64,000 bases of DNA, from IMG/VR virus record IMGVR_UViG_3300042892_001369, positions 533-64,532 of that record, one strand, 5' to 3'. The notes under the pieces are model-generated. The model was not told the origin of the DNA. It did no database searches and worked only from the letters and a program-made list of their open reading frames with translations. Position 1 is the first letter of the stretch. Each line of letters starts with the position of its first letter. The position numbers and the translations under genes are program-made. Shown piece after piece: positions 39,412 through 47,847 of this stretch. This stretch comes from a virus (taxonomy: Duplodnaviria; Caudoviricetes).

Positions 39412-40152
39412 ATGACAGACGAACAAATTAAAACTGTATTAAAACGATTAGAAAATGATGAAGACTATTACGGCGATTTCGGAAAACAATTTTTATCTAA
39501 CTCCGACATAAGAGCATTATTAAAAGATCCATTAACATTTAAGCAACCGATAATCGGTAATCCAAACTTAATTAAAGGATCATACTTTCACACATTAATA
39601 TTAGAGCCAGATAAACTGGAAAAGATTAAAATCATTGATGCAACAACTCGTAACACTTCGAGGTATAAAGAATTATCAAATGGTGAAATGTGTTTACTGC
39701 AGCACGAAGCAGACTCAATAGAGTTATTAAGAGATGCTGTCTTAGAAAACTCAGTAACACGAGACTTAATCAGAGATATCGATGTTGAATATGAAGTTCC
39801 CGGATTAATAAAATTAGAAGATGAATGGTTCAAATTAAAAGCAGATATTAAGAACAATACACAAGGTTTGATAGTAGATTTAAAAACAACGTCTGACATA
39901 GATAAATTCAGATATTCTGCAAAAGAATACAATTATGACAGTCAAGCCTACATATATTCTAAATATTTCAATATGGATATGGTATTTATTGCTGTAGACA
40001 AAACATCAAGTAAGATAGGAGTATATGATTGCTCACCACAATTCTTAGAAAGTGGTAAGTATAAAGTTGAGAAAGCAGTAGAGACATATCGACTATTCTT
40101 CAAAGATGAAAATTTTAACTTAAAAGATTATTGTATAACAGAAACACTTTAA
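39412..40152 (+). CDS. PD-(D/E)XK exonuclease (RecE/exonuclease VIII-like)
   Basis: LSNSDIR, GSYFHTLILEP, KLKADI...IVDLKTT and YDSQAYIY motifs; paired with ERF. Confidence 0.82.
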   Translation: MTDEQIKTVLKRLENDEDYYGDFGKQFLSNSDIRALLKDPLTFKQPIIGNPNLIKGSYFHTLILEPDKLEKIKIIDATTRNTSRYKELSNGEMCLLQHEADSIELLRDAVLENSVTRDLIRDIDVEYEVPGLIKLEDEWFKLKADIKNNTQGLIVDLKTTSDIDKFRYSAKEYNYDSQAYIYSKYFNMDMVFIAVDKTSSKIGVYDCSPQFLESGKYKVEKAVETYRLFFKDENFNLKDYCITETL

Positions 40153-40162
40153 AAAAAAAATT

Positions 40163-40321
40163 ATGAAAAAAGTAACATTAGCATTAGCAGTATTAGGATT
40201 TATTTTTGTATCTTGCAAACAAGAAAGCAATTTAACTAAAGACGAAGTCGCAGTAGATACAACAACTGTTGATAGCACCGCAGTAGACACGACAACCGTA
40301 GATTCAGTAACTAATAAATAA
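40163..40321 (+). CDS. Small lipoprotein, not in the ORF track
   Basis: MKKVTLALAVLGFIFVSC lipobox followed by VDTTTVDSTAVDTTTVDSV (52 aa). Confidence 0.75.
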   Translation: MKKVTLALAVLGFIFVSCKQESNLTKDEVAVDTTTVDSTAVDTTTVDSVTNK

Positions 40322-40327
40322 TTATAT

Positions 40328-40645
40328 ATGGCGAGTATTATTAAAGCGAGTATCAACTTAAACGAGATACCAAAGCACAAGATCATTGATGGTAAGAAAG
40401 GGAAGTACTTACCTATTACCATTACTATCAATGATGAAGTTGATCAGTTTGGAAATCAAGGACCAGTAATGGTCGAACAATCAAAAGAAGAAAGGGAATC
40501 AAAAGCTACAAAAGTTTATCTTGGCAATGTAAAAGTTGTATGGACAAATGGAACTAATGTAGCAGCAGCTCCTCAAAACGGACAAGCACCGCCGCAAAAA
40601 CAAGCGCAGTCTTTTGCGCCACAAGCGGACGATCTCCCCTTCTAA
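40328..40645 (+). CDS. Single-stranded DNA-binding protein
   Basis: Beta-rich core, Q/P/A linker and C-terminal DDLPF tail; replication context. Confidence 0.75.
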   Translation: MASIIKASINLNEIPKHKIIDGKKGKYLPITITINDEVDQFGNQGPVMVEQSKEERESKATKVYLGNVKVVWTNGTNVAAAPQNGQAPPQKQAQSFAPQADDLPF

Positions 40646-40667
40646 ATTTATAAGTTTAAATAGTTAG

Positions 40668-40692
40668 TTAAGCCCCACAAGTTGGGGTTTAA
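40668..40692 (+). terminator. Hairpin after the SSB gene
   Basis: TTAAGCCCCA-CAAGT-TGGGGTTTAA. Confidence 0.55.
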
Positions 40693-40817
40693 TTATCTAT
40701 AATAATGAGCTTTTACAATACAAACACGATAACACATTGATAATATATATGTAACAGACTATATTCATTTAGATATAAAATAATCAATTATTAACAAATC
40801 ATATTCAATTAGATATA

Positions 40818-42533
40818 ATGCAAACAATAGAGATAAATGGTTTTTTGATTGACCAATTCAATCAATACAAGCTTGAAGAAGGTAAGTCTCAAGGAGTTTG
40901 TCCTTTATGTTCAGCTGATAGAAAAGGTGAACACAAAAAATTAAAGTGTGCTTCTTACGATTGGGAAAAAGGTATTGGTACTTGTCATAATTGTAACAAG
41001 TCATTCCAACTACATACTTACCAAAGAAAAGGAGCAAGCGAAAAGGTTTATATGAAGCCGCCAGTAAAAGAGCATGTCGAGGAAATGCAACTAAGCGAGC
41101 AGGTAATTAAATGGTTTGATTCACGAGGTATATCTAAAAATACTCTTTATGAATTAGGTGTAACTGAAGGTCCTGAGTTTATGCCTCAAACAGCTAAGGT
41201 AGAAAATGCAATACATTTTAATTATTTCATTGGTGATCAGCTAATCAATATAAAGTATAGAGACGGTCGCAAAAACTTTAAACTATATAAAGGAGCTGAA
41301 AAAATATTTTACAATATAAACAGCATTGTAGGATATGAATATTGTGTTATTGTTGAGGGTGAAATGGACGTGCTAGCGTTACATGAAGCAGGAATAACAA
41401 ATGCTATTTCAGTACCTAATGGCGCAACATTACATACAAATAATTTAGAATACCTAGACAATTGTATTGATTATTTCGACGACAAGAATAGAATAATTAT
41501 TGCAGTAGACTCAGACGAAGCTGGGCAAGCATTACAATCTGAATTAATCAGAAGACTAGGATCTGAAACTTGTTATATTGCAACATTTGAAGATTGTAAA
41601 GATGCAAATGAATACTTATTAAAATATGGCAAAGAAGCTTTAGCACAAAGAATTGGGAAAGCAAAGCCAGTGCCTTTAGAAAATGTTACAACATTTAAAG
41701 ACATAGAAGATGAGATTACGGATTTTGTTAGGAATGGTTTCAAACCTGGTTTTCAAGTTGGGCTATCTAATTTCGATGATATATTCAGCACTTATACTGG
41801 TCAGTTTATTACTGTTACTGGTGTGCCTAGTTCGGGCAAGTCTGATTTTGTTGATCAAATGGTTGTAGGCTATAATAAAAACTACGGTTGGAAAACAGCT
41901 TATGCTTCTCCTGAGAACTCACCAACATATTTGCATGCTCATAAGTTAATGCGTAAAGTTTGGGAGGGTATGCCAACAGAAGCAGATATTTATTCTGAAA
42001 GATGGAATCAAGTTGCGGATCATGTTAACGATAACTTTTTCTTTATCGATATGGAAAAATATACATTAGATGCAGTTCTTAAAAAAGCTGGTGAGCTTGT
42101 AAAAAGAAAAGGTATTAAGTGTCTTGTTATAGACCCATTCAATAAGGTTAGAGACAATGATGCGTCTGGTGATGTTAATGTATATACATTAGAATACCTA
42201 AGTAAGATTGAAATCTTTGCTAAAAAATATGATGTATTAGTAATGGTTGTTGCGCATCCTACTAAAATGTATAAAGGTTCTGATGGTAAAATTGAAGAGC
42301 CAACTATGTACAACATTAAAGGCGGAGGCGAATGGTACGACGCATCTTATCATGGCTTATTAGTCCATAGAGATTATGAAAACAAAACTGTTAAAGTAAA
42401 AGTACTTAAGGTTAAGTTTCAGAATCTTGGTGAGAACGGAGCTGAATGTTATTTTGCTTGGGAACCAAAGTCAGGTTGCTTTATTCCTCACATACCAATA
42501 GACACGTCTAATGATAAGCTTCCCTGGGAATAA
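40818..42533 (+). CDS. T7 gp4/Twinkle-like primase-helicase
   Basis: Zn finger CPLC...CHNC; TOPRIM IVEGEMD and AVDSDEAG; Walker A TGVPSSGKS; LVIDPFN and VAHP motifs. Confidence 0.93.
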   Translation: MQTIEINGFLIDQFNQYKLEEGKSQGVCPLCSADRKGEHKKLKCASYDWEKGIGTCHNCNKSFQLHTYQRKGASEKVYMKPPVKEHVEEMQLSEQVIKWFDSRGISKNTLYELGVTEGPEFMPQTAKVENAIHFNYFIGDQLINIKYRDGRKNFKLYKGAEKIFYNINSIVGYEYCVIVEGEMDVLALHEAGITNAISVPNGATLHTNNLEYLDNCIDYFDDKNRIIIAVDSDEAGQALQSELIRRLGSETCYIATFEDCKDANEYLLKYGKEALAQRIGKAKPVPLENVTTFKDIEDEITDFVRNGFKPGFQVGLSNFDDIFSTYTGQFITVTGVPSSGKSDFVDQMVVGYNKNYGWKTAYASPENSPTYLHAHKLMRKVWEGMPTEADIYSERWNQVADHVNDNFFFIDMEKYTLDAVLKKAGELVKRKGIKCLVIDPFNKVRDNDASGDVNVYTLEYLSKIEIFAKKYDVLVMVVAHPTKMYKGSDGKIEEPTMYNIKGGGEWYDASYHGLLVHRDYENKTVKVKVLKVKFQNLGENGAECYFAWEPKSGCFIPHIPIDTSNDKLPWE

Positions 42534-42880
42534 TGAGTAGCGGTAACAAGAAAGGTAAAGCAATAGATATGGGTAATTATGTAGCTAAAGAAAGAGAACA
42601 AGCGGCTTATGTTTGGTGCATACATAATAATATATTTATTGCACCTAAAGCAAAGAGTACAACTGAATGGTATATTTGTATTACTTCTAATGGCAAAACA
42701 ACACAAAGTCCTTTAGCTTATGAAAGGATCGATATATGGAAAGAGATATATAAGTTCTATACTTATTACTATGATAAATATAGTGGCGTTAAAGTTATTA
42801 AAGAAGTACAGCCAAGAAAGTTTATAAAAGAGGAACCAGTAAAGCAAAAAGAAAAACCAACAATAAATACTTTATTTTAA
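42533..42880 (+). CDS. Hypothetical protein
   Basis: 115-aa ORF coupled to the primase-helicase. Confidence 0.7.
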   Translation: MSSGNKKGKAIDMGNYVAKEREQAAYVWCIHNNIFIAPKAKSTTEWYICITSNGKTTQSPLAYERIDIWKEIYKFYTYYYDKYSGVKVIKEVQPRKFIKEEPVKQKEKPTINTLF

Positions 42881-42881
42881 T

Positions 42882-43649
42882 ATGACAAAATACGAAGCGC
42901 AATATAAAGAATTGTTATGGAAATGTATGACGAACGGAGTATATCGTAAAGATAGAACAAACGTAGGTTGTTTATCAATATTCAATGCTGGCTTAAGAAT
43001 TAATCTCAATGAAGGTTTCCCTTTGTTAACTGGTAGAAAAATGTTTCAAAAAACTTTTGATACAGAGTTTGATTGGTTTATGAATGGTGAAACTAATATT
43101 CAAAGATTCAAAGATGCTGGTGTAAAGATATGGGATTCTTGGGCAGATGAGAATGGAGATCTAGGACCAGTATATGGTTACCAAATGCGTAACTTTAATG
43201 GTGCTGGCGGTGATCAACTTCAAGCCTTGATAACAAGTTTAAAAAATAATCCTGATAGCAGAAGACATATAATATCACTATGGAATCCATTACAGTTACA
43301 TCAAATGGCATTGCCTCCGTGTTATTTATATTTCCAATTCTTTGTAGAACAAGACAGACTTAATATGTTTGTAGTACAGAGATCAGGTGATATTTTTTTA
43401 GGAATCCCTTATGATGTAGCTTTGTTTTCAAAAATACTTTTGTATATTGCGGAGCAAACTAATTTGAAAGCAAGCTATATTGATATACAGATCGTAGACG
43501 CTCATGTTTATAACAATCAACATGATGCTATACACAAATATCTTGATCAAGAAACTTTTCAAGCACCTGACTATATTTACAAAAACGGAGCATTATCCCT
43601 AATAAATTACAAACACGGACCAGTAATAACGGCAAAAGTAGCCATTTAA
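42882..43649 (+). CDS. thyA: Thymidylate synthase family protein with variant substrate residue
   Basis: DRTNVG, GDLGPVYGYQMR, SRRHII, LPPC and QRSGDIFLGIPYD motifs. Confidence 0.9.
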   Translation: MTKYEAQYKELLWKCMTNGVYRKDRTNVGCLSIFNAGLRINLNEGFPLLTGRKMFQKTFDTEFDWFMNGETNIQRFKDAGVKIWDSWADENGDLGPVYGYQMRNFNGAGGDQLQALITSLKNNPDSRRHIISLWNPLQLHQMALPPCYLYFQFFVEQDRLNMFVVQRSGDIFLGIPYDVALFSKILLYIAEQTNLKASYIDIQIVDAHVYNNQHDAIHKYLDQETFQAPDYIYKNGALSLINYKHGPVITAKVAI

Positions 43650-43657
43650 TCTTAATT

Positions 43658-44548
43658 ATGTATTATATATATCACATTTTTGGTAAAAAGATCGGCGTTA
43701 CACGTAATCTTAATAAGAGAGTTGAAGTTGCTCAGGGCTATATGCCAGAAGAATATGAAGTGATCGAAATGCATGACGACATACATCACGTTTCAAATCG
43801 CGAAAGAGAACTACAACGGCTTTATGGTTATAAAGTTGATCGAGATTCCTACAAACAAGTAATAGACAGTAAAAATAAACTAACTAAATCAAATAAAATG
43901 AAATTAAACATCACAGAACAAACGATTACGTTTCCATGTCCTCCAAATAAATTAAAAGGACAGCTTTTGGACTCATTAGGACTTACATTTGAAACACAAT
44001 ATGGCAAATACATATTGAATACTGAACTAGTAGATTGGATTGTCCAGAACGCTTCTGTGTCAATGTTTAATATTAATAGAAGTTTTGTATACAATAAAGC
44101 TTTACATAATACCTTCCAATCTCCAGAAGCATTTGTTGAACAAAAATTGGCACCCGCCGAACAAACACTTGCTGATATGCGCAGACAATTAAATGAAATG
44201 CTTAATGAAGTGCTTAATAATAAACAACCACAAGAGGAAATTGATCCTACCGCTAATGTATATGATTTAATTAGAGATTGGGCCAGCAAGAAAGGTATTT
44301 ATACATCAGGTGATTCTAAAACGCAATATGTTAAGCTAATGGAAGAATCAGGAGAATTAGCAAGAGCAATTCTTAAACGAGATAAACCAGAAATTAAAGA
44401 TGCAATTGGTGATATGATTGTAGTATTAACTAATCTTGCATACTTAGAAGGTTTTGATATTGAGGATTGTGTTACATCAGCTTACGATGTAATTAAGAAT
44501 CGAACAGGTAAAATGGAAAACGGAACTTTTGTAAAATCTACATTATAA
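43658..44548 (+). CDS. Fusion of a GIY-YIG-like N-terminus and a MazG-like NTP pyrophosphohydrolase
   Basis: MYYIYHIFGKKIGVT...R...E at the N-terminus; KLMEESGELARA...DAIGDMIVVL at the C-terminus. Confidence 0.7.
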   Translation: MYYIYHIFGKKIGVTRNLNKRVEVAQGYMPEEYEVIEMHDDIHHVSNRERELQRLYGYKVDRDSYKQVIDSKNKLTKSNKMKLNITEQTITFPCPPNKLKGQLLDSLGLTFETQYGKYILNTELVDWIVQNASVSMFNINRSFVYNKALHNTFQSPEAFVEQKLAPAEQTLADMRRQLNEMLNEVLNNKQPQEEIDPTANVYDLIRDWASKKGIYTSGDSKTQYVKLMEESGELARAILKRDKPEIKDAIGDMIVVLTNLAYLEGFDIEDCVTSAYDVIKNRTGKMENGTFVKSTL

Positions 44549-44549
44549 T

Positions 44550-45017
44550 ATGCAAAAACAAGAAATTGAATTTAGAGACCCAGTCGTACAACAAGTAGTA
44601 AATAAATTTGTATCAAGATCTGATGTTGGCTTTGCTAAATATGGCAAGACTATGATTGATGACAAATCTGATATTAAAGTCTGGCTTAATCATGTTCAAG
44701 AAGAATTAATGGATGCTACATTATATATTCAAAGATTGAAAATTGAAATCAATGATCTAATTGAAGAACGTGTAACAAGAAATGAAATACAAGCTTTATT
44801 AGATTGCATTAATGTTGTAAATCCAGAATATGTTTCACCAAAAGTTAAACCATTTAATGGCATATACGAAACTATTGCAAAGCATGAAAAGAAAAAGGCA
44901 AAGAAAAAACACAAAGCCTACCGTGTAAATCGTGGTGATACTTATTCTTTTACTATGGATGATGATTTTGAATGGCAGGTAAGTTGTACTAATTGTTGTA
45001 TGAATGAGAAAAGCTAG
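44550..45017 (+). CDS. All-alpha NTP pyrophosphatase-like protein
   Basis: RSDVGFAKYG...WLNHVQEELMDATLY. Confidence 0.5.
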   Translation: MQKQEIEFRDPVVQQVVNKFVSRSDVGFAKYGKTMIDDKSDIKVWLNHVQEELMDATLYIQRLKIEINDLIEERVTRNEIQALLDCINVVNPEYVSPKVKPFNGIYETIAKHEKKKAKKKHKAYRVNRGDTYSFTMDDDFEWQVSCTNCCMNEKS

Positions 45018-45465
45018 AAAGAAAGGACCAGTAGTTGCAAAAAAAGTAATATATGATGGTATTACCTTTGCTTCAGGTCTTGAAAAGTATATGTACAAAG
45101 CTTTAAAAGATGCGGGTATAGATTTTAAATATGAGGGGGTAACGTTTGAATTGTTGCCCTCTTTCATATTTGAAAATGTTTCAATAGAAAGACAATCAAA
45201 TGGCAAGGGAGATTTTATTAATAGGGGTCTAAAAAAGATATTAAACCTTAAATATACTCCAGACTTTGTTGGTGATAATTTTATAATTGAAACTAAAGGT
45301 AGAGCTAATGAATCTTTTCCATTACGTTGGAAACTATTTAAGAAGTGGATGATGGATAACAACGATTACCGAACATTATATAAGCCTCAGAATCAAGCTG
45401 AGTGTCTTAAAACAATTGAATTAATATTAGCTAATACAAAACAAAAAAAGAATGAACAAATTTAG
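45004..45465 (+). CDS. T7 endonuclease I-like Holliday junction resolvase
   Basis: FASGLE...FKYE...YTPDF...IIETKG. Confidence 0.8.
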   Translation: MRKARKKGPVVAKKVIYDGITFASGLEKYMYKALKDAGIDFKYEGVTFELLPSFIFENVSIERQSNGKGDFINRGLKKILNLKYTPDFVGDNFIIETKGRANESFPLRWKLFKKWMMDNNDYRTLYKPQNQAECLKTIELILANTKQKKNEQI

Positions 45466-45601
45466 TGAAAAAAGTTGGTCAATATCCATTGGCCTGTATA
45501 CAGGAATCTTATTAGGATTCAGAGCATATGAGGAAGAATATTATACAACCTATGTATTGTATTTGCCATTTGTTGATGTTGCATTAGAAATTGATAATTA
45601 A
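45452..45601 (+). CDS. Small hypothetical protein, not in the ORF track
   Basis: 49 aa (MNKFSEKSWSISIGLYTGILLGFRAY...) fills the gap before the RNR gene. Confidence 0.55.
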   Translation: MNKFSEKSWSISIGLYTGILLGFRAYEEEYYTTYVLYLPFVDVALEIDN

Positions 45602-45610
45602 AAAATAAAT

Positions 45611-47479
45611 ATGAGCCTTAGTTTAGACAAACAAATATTAAGTGATATTACTGTATACACAAAGTATGCAAAGTACGTTCAATCAAAAGAACGTAGAGAA
45701 ACGTGGGAAGAATTAGTAACAAGGAATATGGATATGCACAAAGCCAAATTTCCACAAATGAAAGAAGCAATTGAACAAGTATACAAAAATTTCGTATTCA
45801 CTAAAAAAGTGTTACCTTCAATGCGCAGCCTACAGTTTGGTGGGAAAGCTATTGAACTTAATAATGCTCGCATTTATAATTGCGCTTTTTTACCTGTCGA
45901 TAATATTCGTAGTTTTTCTGAAACTATGTTTTTACTTCTTGGAGGCACTGGCGTTGGATATTCGGTACAAAATCACAACATTGATAAACTACCTGAAATA
46001 AGAAAGCCTAATTACGATCGCAAAAAACGTTATGTTGTTCAGGATAGTATTATTGGTTGGGCTGATGCAATCAAAACATTATTCAAATCGTATACAGGAG
46101 AGTTAACTTCACATATTGAATTTGATCTTTCAGATATACGCCAGAAAGGAGCATTACTTGTAACAGCAGGAGGTAAAGCACCAGGGCCGGAACCATTAAG
46201 ATTAGCATTAGTTAAGATTGAAGCTATTCTTCGCGAAAAAGAAGACAGATCAAAACTAACAGATATTGAATGCCATGATATTCAATGTCATATTGCCGAT
46301 GCAGTTTTAGCCGGAGGTATTCGTAGAGCAGCAATGATTTCATTATTCGACCTTGACAGTACTGCAATGCTAAATTGTAAAGCTGGAAATTGGTGGGAAG
46401 AAAATCCGCAAAGAGGTAGAGCTAATAACTCTGTTGTTTTAGTACGCCATAAAATTGATAAGAAAACATTTGATAAAGTATGGGAACGTATTGAAGCATC
46501 TGGATCAGGAGAGCCTGGAATTTATCTTACCAATGACAAAGATTGGGGTACAAATCCCTGCTGTGAGATTGCATTGAGACCATATCAATTCTGTAATTTA
46601 ACAGAGATCAATATGGCTAATATTGAAGATCAAGAAGATTTTAATGCAAGAGCATCTGCTGCATCATTCTTAGGAACATTGCAAGCATCATACTCAGATT
46701 TTCATTATCTTCGCGATATATGGAGAAAGAATACAGAAAAAGATGCTTTACTTGGAGTCTCAATGACAGGTATTGCATCTAAGTCAAACCTAGAATTAAA
46801 TTATGAAGAAGCAGCAAATACCGTTAAAGAAACAAACAAAGAAACAGCTAAAGCGCTTGGAATTAATATCGCAGCAAGAACGACGGCCGTTAAGCCAGCT
46901 GGTACAACTAGCTTGGTACTTGGTACTTCTAGCGGGATACATGCTTGGCATAATGACTATTATATACGTCGTATGCGCTTAGGCAAAAATGAAGCAATTT
47001 ATTCTTATCTTGCAATTAATCATCCAGAATTACTCGAAGATGAATACTTTAATCCAACATTACAATCAGTTATTTCAGTCCCTCAGAAGGCTCCAGACGG
47101 CGCTATAACACGGCATGAATCAACATTAGATCTATTGGAAAGAGTAAAACTTATATCTAGAGATTGGGTTAAGACCGGCCATGATAAAGGTAACAATACA
47201 CACAATGTATCTTGTACTGTTTCTGTTAGAGATGATGAATGGAAAATAATTGGTGAATGGATGTGGGCAAACAAAGAGTACTATAATGGACTATCTGTTT
47301 TACCATATCACGGTGGTACATATAAGCAAACTCCGTTTGAAGATTGTACAAAAGAAGTGTACGATGAAATGATGTCTACATTAAAGAACGTAGATTTATC
47401 TAAAGTAGTTGAGATACACGATAATACTAACTTTGCTGATTCAGCAGCTTGTGGAGGAGGAAATTGTGAGATTGTATAG
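45611..47479 (+). CDS. nrdJ: Class II (adenosylcobalamin-dependent) ribonucleotide reductase
   Basis: YNCAF, TNPCCEI...FCNLTE, VKPAGTTS and C-terminal ACGGGNC; no small subunit gene nearby. Confidence 0.88.
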   Translation: MSLSLDKQILSDITVYTKYAKYVQSKERRETWEELVTRNMDMHKAKFPQMKEAIEQVYKNFVFTKKVLPSMRSLQFGGKAIELNNARIYNCAFLPVDNIRSFSETMFLLLGGTGVGYSVQNHNIDKLPEIRKPNYDRKKRYVVQDSIIGWADAIKTLFKSYTGELTSHIEFDLSDIRQKGALLVTAGGKAPGPEPLRLALVKIEAILREKEDRSKLTDIECHDIQCHIADAVLAGGIRRAAMISLFDLDSTAMLNCKAGNWWEENPQRGRANNSVVLVRHKIDKKTFDKVWERIEASGSGEPGIYLTNDKDWGTNPCCEIALRPYQFCNLTEINMANIEDQEDFNARASAASFLGTLQASYSDFHYLRDIWRKNTEKDALLGVSMTGIASKSNLELNYEEAANTVKETNKETAKALGINIAARTTAVKPAGTTSLVLGTSSGIHAWHNDYYIRRMRLGKNEAIYSYLAINHPELLEDEYFNPTLQSVISVPQKAPDGAITRHESTLDLLERVKLISRDWVKTGHDKGNNTHNVSCTVSVRDDEWKIIGEWMWANKEYYNGLSVLPYHGGTYKQTPFEDCTKEVYDEMMSTLKNVDLSKVVEIHDNTNFADSAACGGGNCEIV

Positions 47480-47527
47480 TTACCTAGGAACAAGATGTTG
47501 GATTTACACTTTATACATAAATAAAAT

Positions 47528-47746
47528 ATGAAAGAACAAACATTAGTTGAAATGAAAAATAAAGTTGATGCAATCACAAGAGTGCTTCAGCAATTGATCT
47601 ACGAGCAAGATAACTTGCGGACTTTAACAGTTGGAATTATGGAAACAATTAAGGCTATGCCTGATTATGAAGAAGCATTGCAAGCTGTCAAAGATAAAGT
47701 AAAGGAGCAAGAAGAAAAAGAAAACGCTCCAAAGTTAGAAGTTTAG
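47528..47746 (+). CDS. Hypothetical coiled-coil protein
   Basis: 72 aa, last gene of the rightward unit. Confidence 0.7.
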   Translation: MKEQTLVEMKNKVDAITRVLQQLIYEQDNLRTLTVGIMETIKAMPDYEEALQAVKDKVKEQEEKENAPKLEV

Positions 47747-47763
47747 TTTAGTTTATTAATCAG

Positions 47764-47800
47764 AAAAGGGGACCGCGAATTATCACGAGTCCCCTTTTTT
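47764..47800. terminator. Bidirectional intrinsic terminator
   Basis: AAAAGGGGAC...GTCCCCTTTTTT between convergent gene blocks. Confidence 0.85.
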
Positions 47801-47847
47801 CGGTTATAGGAATATTTAGGTATGGTGCCTAGTTATCTTTATTCCTT

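Larger units (their letters stand above)
27512..40755 (+). promoter_or_regulatory. Family of 15 putative early promoters, TACA-N6-RYACG-N9-TGATAATA-N4-TGTAAC
   Basis: 42-bp copies start at 27512, 27878, 28107, 28321, 28629, 29131, 29919, 30146, 30325, 30628, 32348, 33678, 34635, 35302 and 40714. All are on the plus strand with identical spacing, mostly just upstream of an ATG. Confidence 0.85.

Noticed and set aside
8259-47479. Introns or inteins in terL, the primase-helicase or nrdJ
   Set aside because: The ORFs are uninterrupted and of ordinary length for these families, with no evident intein or homing endonuclease motifs.
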